Source: Mobula hypostoma (lineage: Eukaryota). From it: a DNA stretch of 64,000 bases. The stretch spans positions 8,122,001 to 8,186,000 of the forward strand of contig NC_086119.1 in NCBI RefSeq assembly GCF_963921235.1, read 5' to 3'. Position numbers and translations under genes: made by a program. Of the stretch, positions 11,854 to 25,414 are shown piece by piece (positions within the stretch are counted from its first letter, which is position 1; each line of letters opens with the position of its first letter). The notes beneath the pieces are model-generated. The model was not told the DNA's origin. It did not search any database and worked only from the letters and a program-made list of their open reading frames with translations.

Positions 11854-13589
11854 ATCAGGGTTAACTGATTCCTGTTTAAGATCTGGTTAAGAGAATAAAT
11901 GAGCAACAGACAAACATGCTTCATGTTCCATTTTATATCAAGCATTAAGAGCATTCTGGCCCAACGTCAATAGATAAGTGGTTGGGAAGAGGTTAAAGTA
12001 AGTGTGAAAATAGGGTAGTTACAATATCATATGGTTTCTGAGAATGATGGTTGCAGGATTTGCAGATTACCATATTTATAATAGTCTTCATGATCGTGAA
12101 TTATTCATGTCAATGAGTTTGTGCTAGTTTGTGGTTCTACTTATTTATCATATTTTAATTCTGTATCAGTTATTGAAAACATATTAATACACCTTTTACA
12201 ATATTCCACAGAAAACTGCTGTTTCTGAACCCTCATTCCAGGCAGAAAGAAAAGGTTAGTTTAATTTTGCTGCTTCTTGCCTTGTAGGCACTTTATCTGC
12301 CACTTTATTTGCTGTTCTTTTGTTCGTGAGTGGTCCACAGAGCATTTCTTTAAACTGGCAAGGGGAGGCCCAAGCAGTGTTTACAGCATATTCACACCGT
12401 GTTTACCTGCGCACTGCTGGCAGAATGCTTGCGCATTAACTTACCAGCACACTTTCCCAGTTAGTGTTTACAGTAATCATGTTACATCTTGAATCAAAAA
12501 CTTGACATAGAGCCAAGCCCACCCGGGCATAAATGTAACTTTTTTTTTAACCAAACAGTAGTTATACTGTAATATAAAAATAATTTGTATAAAATGTATG
12601 TTTGAAATTGCTTATTTGAAGTACCTGTTAATTTAAATTTGAAAATGGAAGTCATGATTTTGATATGCTACTACCGCAGTAATGTTATTAATTGACACAA
12701 CAGAACAAAAGAAGGATTAAATACTAGAAGAGGCCAGACTGGAATACTGAAGGGAAGATGATGCTGAATTGTTTCAGCAGATTCCACTTGGTCAAATCGG
12801 GGACTTGTAATTCGAAGTTTGGGAGGATGCACCAGAACCATACTGTTATGCTGCTGCACGTTAGAGATGCCTTCTGTGTTCAAGTGGAAAGCCAAGGTTT
12901 GTAAGGTAGTCTTTGACAACTCAGTGAAACAATTTCACAAAATTCTGGTAAATATTTGTTCCTCGATCTTACCCATGTTCAACTTTAAGTTCAACCATAC
13001 ATGAATACAGCGAAATGAAGCAGAGTTACTCTGGGGCCAAGGTGGAAAACACAGTAACGACAGTCACACACAGTACAAGGCACATATAAGATAACAGTAA
13101 AATACAGTCACACAAAAAATATATAGTCGAAGTCCCTGAGTCCATGAATGTTTGCAGGAGTCTGCAGTCGAACACAATATAGCTCGTCTCCTGCTGAGCG
13201 AATACTGGAGAGCAGCAATGACACCTCTCTACTGGACGGCTGTAAACAGGCAACGCCGCAGCTTAAGGCCTAGTCCTTGCTACGACCGAGGCAACACAGC
13301 CCCCCCCACCCACCCCCAATGCCAACACCCTCCATTCGCCTTTAAACTAGCGAAGCAGACCTGCTGCGTTCCACATTACCAATGTCTAACAGGGTTTTGC
13401 AACCACAAGAAAATTGGCTAAGGCAATCACTCACTGTTAGGCTGCACACAGCCTTCATGCACCGACTCCGGTGCCTCTCCACAGAAAGCAGCAGCACCTT
13501 CTGCACCAAAAACTCAGAAAATGGAAGAGTTCATGGGTTCATAATGAGTGGGTACCGGCTGGTGATAATAATGATCATCAAAATAAAAA

Positions 13590-15450
13590 AAAAAGCAGAA
13601 ATGGCTGGCTACATCGGGAAGATTGGTTCTTTTGATTACACTGTTGTGAAAGTGGCGCAGGAACATTTTGAACTGAAGCTATTGTTGATTGCAGAATGCT
13701 TGAAGTTTCATAAGTGGAATCAAAAGGAAGGTGAATAGATTTCAGTGTACATGGCTCTATTGAAGATATTGTCTGAACATTGTCAGTTTGGTGATAGGCT
13801 TAATGATACATGCAGAGATCATTCGGTTTGTGGTATCTTAAAGTAAAACATTCAAAAACAGCTCCTGTCTGAAACATAGCTTACATTTAAAAGAACAGTT
13901 GAAATTGCTGTTTCAATGGAAGTCACAGACAGAGATGCAATTGAGTTGCAGTCAGGAACGAAAGTGAGTGTGAAGGAAACAGAAACTGGGTTGTCTGAAC
14001 AAGTTGTGTTACCTTGTGGCAGAGGCTCACGTTCACCAAACAAATGCAGGTTTAAAAGCAAAACTTGCAGAAAACGCAACGAAGTAGGACACATACAAAG
14101 GGCATGTCGGGAAGACAAAATAAATAGATTGCATAGGGAAGAGAAAAGGGTAAAAAATCAAGTTCCAGTTTCAAAAAGAGCACTAATCTATTTGCTGTTG
14201 ATGAAAAATCTGATAATGATGAGAGTGATACAGGACTGTGTAGCTTTGTAGATTTACAGTGTGAAAATTAACATTTGACAAGCAGTATAGCTTACGCCAG
14301 AAAGAACGGCAAATTAATTAAAGTGGAATTGGACACTAGTTCGGCTATTTCAGTCATTTCACAAAATGAATTTGAATGGCATTTCAAAGATATTAAACTG
14401 GAGCCAGCAGATATTCAATGAAGAACTTGTACTGGAGAAAAGACAACTCCCATGTGAATGACATTTGTAACAGTGAAATACAACCAACAAGTTACATTAA
14501 GCTACAATATAGTAGAAACAGGAAGACGTGATTGGCTGAGATAACTACATCCCGAATGGAGGTCCATCCACCATTTACAAACCACATCCCCTGCAAGTAT
14601 CAACTGGAATTGAATTCAGGAAGACACTGGATGATGCCACAACTATCTTCATGCCGCACACCACCAACTGTTGCCCAACAGAGGACCATGAGGTGTAGGT
14701 GCCAGCCTCTGTGCCTCCGGTTTGAAAGCATATTGGACCAAGGAAGGACCATGCTGCTCAGAGGAACCCTGAAAGTAACGAAAGCAATGATCCAACTACA
14801 ACAGATTTTCTAGCAACATATCTGACAAGGCTTGTGTTGAGTTAATCAAGCAGATCCTTGCGAAATGTGGCTTGCTTTTAGCTGGAAAAGAATTCAAGGA
14901 ACTTCAGGAAAGTTGCAAGCATTCAGCTTTGGTGAGTATAAAGAACCAGTAGTTACTTTGCGCGCGTTAAGATTATTGTCAAGCGGAAGACAAAAAACTG
15001 CTTGTTTTTATAGATGGAAAGACCAAAGCCCAGCTGGAGAAATGGAAGGACAAAAGGAAAGGAGTCAATGGGATTCGTCGAATGATGTTGTGGATGAGGA
15101 AACCAAGAGGAGAGACCAGAACCTGAAGGGAGCACTAGAAGACTTAATAAGAGAATACTCCAGTGAATTAAATGCACCTTTCCAAGTTCAGGATGCACAA
15201 GCTCGAAGAAGAAAAATACCTAGGACTGTCAGAACCATTTCCTACAGTCTCAGAGTTTACAATGACCATAGAGGGGCCCTGGAACCTGAGATTGTTTTCA
15301 CACCCAAAAGTCTCAACCAAGCGGAGTGATTTCCCCCTTGTCTGGAAAGATATTATCCCACAAAAGTAAGAAAGTCTCCACAGCGATACTGTGTATATAG
15401 TTGAGATGTATTTTCCATTGATTTGGAGTTTGTAGCTAAGCAGGGAGGAA
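13590..15450 (+). mobile_element. Degenerate Ty3/Gypsy internal region (gag, protease, integrase tail, polypurine tract)
   Basis: MAGYIGKIGSFD gag start, CRFKSKTCRKRNEVGHIQRAC knuckle, ELDTSSAISVIS protease-like motif, PPT agcagggagga at about 15439-15449. Confidence 0.75.
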
Positions 15451-18400
15451 TTCCAGCCTCCCCGATGGCCACATCCGCGCCAGGTGCATGGAGATGCAGC
15501 TCCTTAGAGACCGAGTTAGGGAACTGGAGCTGCAGCTCGATGACCTTCGGCTTGTGAGGAAAAGTGAAGGGGTGAGAGGCAGGAGCTACAGGGCGGTAGT
15601 CACCCTAAAGCTACAGGAGACAGATAAATGAGTGGCTATCAGGAGAGGGAAAGAAGAACAACAGATAGTGGAGATCACCCCTGTGATCGCCCCCCCCCAA
15701 CAATAAGTACTCCATTTTGAGCACTGTTGGAGGGCTTGGGGAAACAACAGCAGCCTTGCCTCTGGCACTGAGTCTGGTCCTGTGGTTAGGGGAATAGATA
15801 GGCTATTCTGTGGATGCAGAAAGGATGGTAGATTGCCTCCGAGGTGCCAGGGTCTCAGATGTTTCTGAATGCATCCACAATACCCTGAAAAGGGAGGGTG
15901 AGCAGCTAGAAGTTGTGGTGCGTATTGGTACCAACAAGATAGGTAGAGAAAAAGGGAGGAGATCCTGAAAACAGAATACAGGGAGTTAGGAAGGAAGCAG
16001 AGAAGCAGGACCCGAAGGGTAGTTATATTAGGGTTGCTGTCTGTGCCACACAACAGTGAGGATAGGAATAGAATGAGGTATCAGGTAAATGTATGGCTGA
16101 AGAATTGGAGCAGAGGGGCAAGGATTCAGATTTCTGGATAATTAAGACCTCTTCTGGGGCAGGTGTCACCTGTACAAAAGGGATGGGTTGCTCTTGAATC
16201 CAAGGGGTGGGGGGATATCTTTGCGGGCAGGATTCTTAGAGCTGTTGGGAGTGGTTTAAACTAACATGGCAGGGGGATGGGGACCAGTATGACAGAGCTG
16301 AGGATGAGCCAGCAGGTTTACAAGTAGATGATGTAATATATAACATGAATGTAAGGAAGGACAAGTCAATGATTGGGTACAACTATAGACAGAGCAAAGA
16401 CTTAAGTTATACCACAGAGGCAAAATTCATAAGGACAAAGAATACAGGAATGAAGGTGTTGTATTTAAATGCGCGTAGCATTCAGAATAAGGTGGACAAA
16501 CTCGTGGTGCAATTAGAGATTGGTTGGTATGACACTGTGGGCATCACTGAGTCGTGGCTTAAAGAAAGTCATAGTTGGGAGTTTAACATCAAAGGACAGG
16601 CAAGAAGGCATAGGGAGTGGTGTGGCTCTGTTAGTAAGAGATGGAATTGCATCTCTAGAAAGATGTAACATAGGGTCAGAAAATGTTGAATCTTTGTGGG
16701 TGGGGTTAAGAAATTGCAAAGGTTTTAAAAAAAAAACATTATGGGAATCATATATAGGCCTCCAAGTAGTATCCAAGTTAAGGTGTTGAGATTGCAAAGG
16801 GAGCTGGAAAGGGCATGTAATAAGGGTAGTGTCACAATTGTAATGTGGGACTTCAATATGCAAGGGGATTGGGAAAATTGGAGTGATGTCAGATCGTAAG
16901 AGAGGGAATTTGTTGAATGCCTACGAGATGGCTTTTTAGAGCAGCTTGTGCTTGAGCCTACTAGGGGAAAGGCCATCTCAGATTAGGTGTTGTGTAACAA
17001 CTGATTTTGTTATTCAGCTTTACGTAAACGAACCCCTAGGAGGCAATGATCATAATATGATTGAATTCATACTGCAATTTGAGAGGGAGAAGCACAAGTC
17101 ACTTGTGTCAGTATCACAATGGAATAAAGGGAATTACAGAGGCATGAGAGAGGAGCTTCCCGGGTGGATACTGGCAGGGATGATGGCAGAACAGAGGCTG
17201 AAGTTTCGAGGAATAGTTCACGAGGCACAGGATCGATATGTCCCAAAGAAGTAGTTGTTCTCAAATGACAGAGCTAGGCAATCGTGGCTGACAAGGGAAG
17301 TTAAGGACTGCATAGAAGCCAAGGAAAGGGAATATAAGGTAACAACAGTGAGTGGGAAGTTGGATGATTGAGAAGCTTTTAAAATCCAACAAAAGGCAAC
17401 TAAAAAGCTCTAAGAAGGGAAAAGATTAAATATGAGGGCAGGATACGAAATGTTTTTTTCAGTTATATAAAGAATAGGTGGGGGGATAAGAGGTGTTATT
17501 GGACCATTGGAAAATGATGGTGGTGAGGTAGTAATGGGGGACAAAGAAATGGCAGATGAACTTAATAAGTACTTTGCTTCAGTCTTTACTGTGGAAGACA
17601 CAAGCTGTATATCAGAGGTCCATCAGTATCAGGGAGCAGGAGTGAGAGCCAATGCTATTACAAAGCAAACATCACGAGGCAAACTGGAAGGTGTTGGGGT
17701 GGATAAGTCACCTGATCTAAATGGCCTACATCCCAGAGTCCTGAGAGAGGTTGCTGAAGAGATAACAGATGCATTGATCATGATCTTTCAAGAATCACTT
17801 GATTCTGGCTTGGTCCCAGAAGACTGAAAATTTGCAAATATCACTCCACTCTTTAAGAAGGGAGGAAGATAAAAGAAAGGATATCATAGGTCAGTTAGCA
17901 TAACCTGTGATTTGAAAAGTGTTGGTCCATAATTAAGGAAGAGGTTTTGAGGTACTTGCAGACTAATGGTAAAATAAATCAAAGTCAGCGTGGTTCCTAG
18001 AAAGGGGAATCTTGCCTGGCAAATCTGTTAGAGCTCTTCAAGAAAGTAACAAGCAGGGTGGACAAAGGAAAGGCAGTGGCTGTCATTTACTTAAATTTTC
18101 AGAAGGCATTTGACGAGGTGTCTCACATGAAGCTGCTTAACAAGATAAAATCCCATGGTGTTACAGGAAATATACTGGCATGAACAGAGGAAAGGCTAAT
18201 GGGTAGGAGGCAGAGAGTGGGAATAAATGGGGCCTTTTCTGGTTGGCTGCCAGTGACTCGTGGTGTCCTCAGGAGTCTGTATTGGGATTGCTACTTTTCA
18301 CATTGTTTGTCAATGATTTAGATAGAAGGTTTTGTGGCAAAGTTTGCGGATGATCTGAAGATAGGTGGAGGGGTAGGTAATGCTGAGGAAGCAATGTGAT

Positions 18401-20178
18401 TGCAACAGGAGTTGGCCAAATTGGAAGAATGGGCAAAAAAGTGGCAGATGGAATATAGCGTTGTGAAATGTATGATAATGCATTTTGGTAAAAGGAACAA
18501 TAATGCAGACTATTATCTAAATGGAGAGAAAATTCAAACATCAGAGGTGTAGAGGGACTTAGAAGTCCTTGTGCAAGACTCCCGAAAGCTTAATTTACAG
18601 TTGAGTCTGTGGTAAAGAAGGTAAATGCAATGTTAGCATTTATTTCAAGGGGAATAGAATATAAAAACAAGGAGATAAACACAAAATAATCTACAGATGC
18701 TGGGGTCAAAGCAACACTCACAACACGCTGGAGGAACTCAGCAGGTCGGGCAGCATCCATGGAAAAGATCGGTTGACATTTCAGGCCGGAACCCTTCGTC
18801 AGAACTGAAGAGGGAAGGGGCAGAGGCCCTATAAAGAAGGTGGGGGGAGGGTGGGAAGGAGAAGGCTGGTAGGTTCCAGGTGAAAAACCAGTAAGAAGAA
18901 AGATAAAGGAGTGGGGGAAGGGAGGCAGGGAGGTAATAGGCAGGAAAGGTGAAGAAAGAATAGGGGAAAACAATGGGTAATAGATGGAGGCGGAACCATG
19001 AGGGAGATGGTAGGCAGCTGGGAGAGGGGGCAGAGTGACATAGGGATAGGGGAAGGGAGGGGGAGGGAATTACCGGAAGTTGGAGAATTCTATGTTCATA
19101 CCAAGGGGCTGGAGACTACCTAGACAGTATATGAGGTGTTGCTCCTCCAACCTGAATTTAGCCTCATCATGGCAGTAGAGGAGGCCATGTATGGACATAA
19201 AGTAGGTAGTTTCCAGCCCCTTGGTATGAACATAGAATTCTCCAACTTCCGGTAATTCCCTCCCCATATCCCTATTTCACTCTGCCCCCTCCCCCAGCTG
19301 CCTACCACCTCCCTCTTGGTTCCGCCTCCTTCTACTACCCGTTGTGTTTTCCCCTATTCCTTCTTCACCTTTCCTGCCTATCACCTCCCTGCTTCCCCTC
19401 CCCTACTCCTTTATCTTTCCCCTTACTTGTTTTTCACCTGGAACCTGCCAGCCTTCTCCTTCCCACCCTCCCCCACCTTCTTTATAGGGCCTCTGCCCCT
19501 TCCCTCTTCAGTCCTGACGAAGGGTTCTGGCCCAAAACGTCGACCGATCTTTTCCACGGATGCTGCCCGACCTGCTGAAAACAAGGAGATAATGCTGAAG
19601 CTTTATAAGACACTAGTCAGGCCGCACTTGGGAGTATTGTCAACAGTTTGGAGCCCCTCATCTCAGAAAGGTTGTGTTGTCATTGGAGAGAGTTCAGAGT
19701 AGGTTCACAAGATTGAGTCCAGGAATGAAGGGGTTAATATATGAGAAGCGTTTGGCAGCTTCAGGCCTGTACTCACTGGAATTTAGAAGAATGCGTGGGG
19801 ATTTCATTGAAACCTACTGAATGTTGAAAGGACTAGATAAGGTGGATGTGGAGAGTATGTTTCCTATTTTGGTGGTATCCAGAACAAGAGGGTAGTCTTA
19901 AAATTGAGGGACAACCTTTTAGAACAGAGGTAAGGAAGAATTTTTTTTTTTTTTTTGGCCAAAGAGTGGTGAATCTGTGGAATGCTCTGCCACAGATGCA
20001 GTGGAGACCAGGTCTATGGTATATTTAAAGTGGAAGTTATTAGATTTCTGATCGGTTGGGGCATGAAGGGATATGGTGAGAGGAAAGGGATATGGGGGTT
20101 GAATGAGATCAGTCATGATGAAATGGCAGAGTGGACTTGATGGGTTGAATGGCCTAATTCCACTCCTATGTCTTGTGG
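15451..20178 (+). mobile_element. Near full-length decayed CR1 LINE (SGNH-esterase ORF1, APE endonuclease, RT, 3' tail)
   Basis: LYLNARSIQNK, GITESWL, DHNMIEF, HPRVLREVAEEI, DFQKAFD-like, KFADD, LYKTLVRPHL, 3' tail; multiple stops. Confidence 0.92.
18679..19577. mobile_element. Penelope-like element with about 380-bp inverted arms, GIY-YIG C-terminal remnant and two degenerate hammerhead motifs
   Basis: 15-bp TSD aaaacaaggagataa (18664-18678, 19578-19592); arms 18738-19122 and 19203-19578; LEEQHLIYCLGSLQPLGMNIEFSNFR on the minus strand. Confidence 0.8.
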
Positions 20179-20180
20179 AG

Positions 20181-20412
20181 TGGTGTGTATTTAATATTTC
20201 AGTAATATTTGAGTAATCTTGTGAATATATTGTTTGATTAACCATTTTTATTTCAATAATTCATTACAGGTTATGTATAATTTCATGAATTGTGTATGTC
20301 ATCATGCTACCATGTGATACGTTTGTGCCTCGCTTAAAGTAAGCGTGAAGCTAGACTGACATCTTGGACTCCCGAGTCTTCTTCAAATCAGTTTTAATGT
20401 TTTGAAGTTACA
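20181..20412 (+). mobile_element. LTR, probably the 3' LTR of the Gypsy remnant; related inverted fragment near 27215-27330
   Basis: TG...CA; follows the PPT once the CR1 is removed; the end ttttaatgttttgaagttaca recurs inverted near 27220. Confidence 0.6.
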
Positions 20413-20419
20413 GAAGAAA

Positions 20420-20975
20420 AGTGATGAATCAGCATATAGGAGGAAGATCGAGAATCTGGCTGAGTGGTGCCACAATGGCAGCAAGAGCAAGGAGGTAATT
20501 GTTGATCTCAGGAGGAAACCAGAGGTCCATGAGCCAGTCCTCATGGGAGGATCAGACTTCAAGTTCCTTGGTGTTATCATTTCAGAGTACCTGTTCTGGG
20601 CCCAGCACAGAAGTGTGATGAAGAAGAGTGGCAGTACCTGAGGGGTAAGTGAAAATTTGGCATGGCATCTAAAACTTTGACAAACTTCTGTAGATGTGTG
20701 GTAAAGAGTATATAGACTGGTTGCAGCACAGCCTGGTGTGGGCATCCCAACGTAGTGAATGTGGCCCAGTCAATCATGGGTAAAGGCCTCCCACACATTG
20801 AGCACATCTACATGAAACGCTGTCGTAGGAGAGCAGCATCCATCATCAGAGCTCCCCACCACCCAGGCTGTACTCTTTTCTCGCTGCTGCCACCTGGTAG
20901 AAGGTACAAGAGCCTCAGGACTCACGCCACAGAGTTCAAAAACAGTTACGATCCCACAAATATCAGGCTCAATAA
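20420..20975 (+). mobile_element. Rex1/Babar-like LINE 3' fragment; others near 27500-27850(-) and 59350-59730(-)
   Basis: DESAYRRKIENLAEWCHN, KEVIVDLRR, HPGCTLFSLLPPGRRY. Confidence 0.75.
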
Positions 20976-21069
20976 ATTGTCAATTAGCATTCATTATTGC
21001 ATTTTTCTTTGGTCAGGACATCAGTAATTTATCTCAGCATCTGACTGAGAAACGAATGATAGTGTACAT

Positions 21070-23152
21070 TTTATTAAATATACACAGAAACAAAGCATAC
21101 CATACACTGGAATATAGGCTGAAGACCCAATTTTATTACATAGATAAATGATAAAAAGCAGTCTATATAGATTTTAAAACATTTAAAATTGACATCCACC
21201 CACTGGGAATAGTGCAATGTTCAGTACTGGCTTGATGTATTTGTTTTTTTTTCTTTGTACAAGCTACATAAAAATGTGTAACCTTTAAATGAAGAAATTT
21301 TAAGCACCACTTTTGTAACAGATATTCAAGTCCATCATGTCCAAAATGCTGTATTATATACATTAAAATTCTATAGTATTTTGCTTCAATTTGGAAATTG
21401 ATTTCTGGCTGGGATGTATATCATACACTATCACTTCCACATCTAAGTTGCACAGGGCTGCTCTCAGCCAATGACAGAATGGTACAGTGTGAGCAGAAAT
21501 CTGACATTCAACAACTGTTTTCACTGTATGATAAAGTATTTTTTAACAAAGCTAGCTGGCTTTTTTTCCTTCACTGCAGTTAAATCTCAATGAGGAGTGA
21601 GAAATAGGAAATTACAAATTCTCCATTATCAACAGCATTTGAGACAATTCCTTTTCCTACAATTACAAAATAGATATATAGCAAAGCTTTTTGATTTATT
21701 GGTTCTCTCAGTCTTGTCAATTTTGTAGTTCCCACAAAGTGAACAAGATGCACATAGCACTTGGATACAACTGAAATGTCTGGATGTTATTGCAGTCCAA
21801 TAGCTTTTCTCAAATTCATTTTGGTGGCAACTTCATTAAATGGTTGTTCATCTCCAATTATAAGTAACCGATGCACTTTTTGGATCCTTCTTACTGAAGC
21901 TTGTGAATAATCATTACTGCGGAATACACTAAATTATCTCACTTACTGATAGCCACAAAGAATTACATAAAAACAGGAGCAAGCTAATAGGGAAATTCAT
22001 CAATGCAGAAACTGAGTGGAGGTAGTAACTAAACTTTTTAAAATTGAATTTTCCAGCTTCTGATACTGAATACTTGGAGTATGTTTGCTTTCATTAGCAA
22101 AATAGAGGATTTTGCACTACACTTCCATGTGGCAAGTGTAAAAATGCACCCTGGACATCTGAAGTCGAGTTAAAATGTGAAATTGAGCTCACATGTGCAA
22201 CAACACATTTCCAAATGAAAATATAAAATTATCATCTTCTCACTTTGTTATTGTTTGCACACACCTAGCATTAATGAAAATCCAAGATCTGATTACTTTA
22301 TCCCCACTAATTACCAAAAGGTGCTCATTTTAACACCCTCCCAGTTTAAGTGTACAAAATTGGCAATGCTGCAAAGTTCTGTGGCTTAAAGATGTTGCTT
22401 TGGTTGTGTTGTTTATAATTGCTACTAAATTTGTATGAGATAGGTTCCATAACTCAGGATCATTAATATCAAACACCCTCAACTGCAAGGATATATCTGA
22501 TTTCACAGAGAAAGGCTGCAGCTGAAAGGCTAGAAGTGAAGAGTTGCTCTCGGAATCATTGTTTTTGGTTTTAAACCACCCCTAAATAATATCATTTCCT
22601 TTGGGACCCTATATTTTAAAAGATGCGGGGGAATTAGATTAAAACTAACAGTGAATAAATTAACACTTAAGTTTTAGTTATACTCCTAAAATCTGAATTT
22701 TAGAGAGTCAATGCGAAACTATGAAGATGGTGTAGACCATGAAATCTATGGCAACTGTATAAACATAGGTTGAGTCCAAAAAGAGTTATCTCCCTCCCTA
22801 AAGAGGACAATTAAGTCATTTGACTGTTGCTTTAGAGAATAAACAGGTTCTGTCCCAGCTTGCACTCTGGAGTAGTGCACACCATGTCATCAGTTAACAA
22901 CTGGAGATCCAGGACATACACCACAGGTGGCCAGGTGACCAACTGGAAATAATGATTTTCACAGGCTAGAATCCATCTGATCTACAACATAAAATACACA
23001 TTTATATATATATATACAGAAAGTGAAACCTTTACATGCTTCATAATTGACAAGGCACAGGTGGAATCCATTCATCTCAACATTGTTGAATATACATGTT
23101 CATACACAGAAAACAAAGAATTTACATGCTTCATAATTTGATAAGTAAAAAG
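21070..23152 (-). other. PRR11: Putative PRR11 3'UTR (repeat-poor, AT-rich); candidate AATAAA signals at 21695-21700 and 21070-21075
   Basis: Directly downstream of the stop codon; tttatt on the plus strand; true 3' end not determinable from sequence alone. Confidence 0.5.
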
Positions 23153-23227
23153 TTAGCAAGCACTTTGCTCATCAAAGCTGGTGTTTGAAGAGGAGCAGCC
23201 ACCAGGAGGACTTTTCGGATGAGCCAT
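23153..23227 (-). CDS. PRR11: PRR11 last coding exon (MAHPKSPPGGCSSSNTSFDEQSAC*)
   Basis: tttcag acceptor, TAA stop; resembles the human end LAHPRSP...SSFDEQN. Confidence 0.92.
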   Translation of the reverse strand: MAHPKSPPGGCSSSNTSFDEQSAC

Positions 23228-24883
23228 CTGAAACAGAACCTAAAGTGTGTTAATTGAAATGATTTCTCACTCCCGAGTGTTGATTGAACAAAAACATGGA
23301 ATAGTTATTGTTATTCATTTATTATTGTCACATGTACTGCGATTCAGTAGAAAAAATAGTTCTGAAAGCCACCTGTAAAGTTCATTCAAAACAAGCTGAT
23401 TGAGGTAGAACAGGGAGAAGCACTGACAGAATGCATAATGTAGTGTTGTAGTGCCCTGCAGCAGGTAGACAAAGTGCAAGGAAGGGCCACTGTGGGGTGG
23501 ATTGAGAGGTTACGAGTTCATCTTTAACAAGCAAGAGGGGTATATTCACAAAGGTTTCAGTAGTCAGAGTTTCCATAACAACCCTCCATGTCCCATATGT
23601 GCTTCCCTCATTGCAAGAAACAGTAATTTTGCATGAATTCATGTCAGGGGAGGCAAGTAATTAAGCACCGAATTATGGTTTAAAAATGTTTTATTACAGT
23701 TTTAGTCTTTAAACATGAAATCTTCTGTAACATTATGATTTTTTGGCAGGCAATACCTGAGAAAAATGTCTGAAGAAACTCAGTGGTGGAAACAGAACAA
23801 GTTGGAGACCAATCAGAGAATTTTCCATTTTCTCCACAGGGCAAGTAACCAAACTGACTAAAATTGCATGGTTTCCTTTTTAATTGGGAATACAATTGGG
23901 GGTTTGGAAATTTGTGGTTTAAATACATGTTACTTTGCAGAAGCTAAAAGTACAAGTTTCTTTTTCTGCATAAACGAGTACTCGTGCTGCATTACAAATA
24001 TACTTCCCAATGTGATATAAAATAAATGAAAATTGCAAGAAATTAAACTTTGAGACAGTTTTTAAATGAATATTATCACTGACTTATATGAACTTTGTTG
24101 TTTTGTAGCAGTGCTACAGCGCATGGGCAAAATTACTATAAATTACAAAATAAATAGCGCAAAAATGAGCTAGTGTTCATGGACCATTCAGAAGTCCAGT
24201 GGCAGCTCTCTACTCTCTCATCAGGATGACCAGATGCTCACTAGTGGCCACACCCCAGTACACTGCTTTGACAGGCAGGCTAAACCAGGTGAGGAAAGCC
24301 GGGAACCTCCATCCCCAGTGAGAAAGGGATATGCCTACTTCAGCAAGTGAAGCCAGTTCCAGTGGACCAGGTGGGTGGGATCAACTACAAGATCCAACGG
24401 CCAAGAAGGCGGTGCTACAACGCTTCATGGAAAGCGAAGGTCACGACAAGGCACAGAAGACATCATGGCTATCCACCACAGCCGAGGAAGTCTCCAGTCG
24501 TGACAATTTTTCGTACCATTGGACCAAGATTTTTGAAACCGAGAGTGGAACTGCCCTAGTGCAAAGGCTTTTTCCACCATAAACTTTACGAAATATCAGT
24601 GATGATAAACCCTATTCTGACTCCCACAAGCCATGCAGAAGTTTGTAAAGAGTACAGTCAAGAATCTGCCCAAGAGTGGTGCAGGAAGTGCCAAGTGTAC
24701 CTTTGAAACAAACTGTGAGCAAGGAGATACAATTCGCTTAAACTCGCTTATGTCAAAGAAAAACAGCAAATTTAGGATAAGCACAGATGATGCACACACT
24801 AGAGTTAAACCCAGACTGCTGAGTTAGTCTTTAACCTTTTTGTATACAAGTTGGATAAGCTGGTTATTAATCAAAAGGGCATA

Positions 24884-25414
24884 TACTCAGTGGCCACTAT
24901 TTGATACACTTGCTCATTAATGCAAATATCTAATCATCCAATCATATGGCAGTAACTCAATGTATAAAAACATGCAGACATGGTCAAGAGATTCAGTTGT
25001 TGATCAGACCAAACATCAGGATGGAGAAGAAATATGATCTGAAGTGACTTTGACTGTGGACTGATTGTTGGTGCCAGACAGGGTGGTTTGAGTATCTCCA
25101 AAACTGATCTGGGATTTTCACACACAAGTCTCTAGAGTTTACAGGGAATGGTGCAAAATCCAAAACAAAAAAAATCCAGCGAGTGCCAGTTCTGTGGGCA
25201 AAAACTCCTTGTTAATGAGAGAGGTCAGCTAATAACCAGACTGGTTTAAGCTGACAGGAAGACGACAGTAACTCAAAAATAACTATGCACTACAGCAATG
25301 GTGTGCAGAAGAGCATCTCTGAATGCACAACACATCAAACCTTGAAGTGGATGTGCTACAGCAACAGAAGACCAGGAACATACACCCCTGTATCTAAAAG
25401 TGACCATTTAGTGT
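24884..25414 (+). mobile_element. Tc1-like transposon deletion derivative
   Basis: Terminal ctcagtggccact with a degenerate inverted copy at the right end; remnant of the DLSDFD.G.IVGAR..GLSIS transposase N-terminus. Confidence 0.7.

Noticed and set aside
14865-15329. 154-aa ORF as a novel gene
   Set aside because: Embedded in the decayed Gypsy remnant, no splice or homology support
22111-22119. ttgcacta miR-130 family site
   Set aside because: On the plus strand, antisense to PRR11 mRNA, so it is not a target site
24200-24570. Possible RTE-related repeat or short ORFs in a PRR11 intron
   Set aside because: Looks repeat-derived, but I cannot assign family or boundaries from sequence alone
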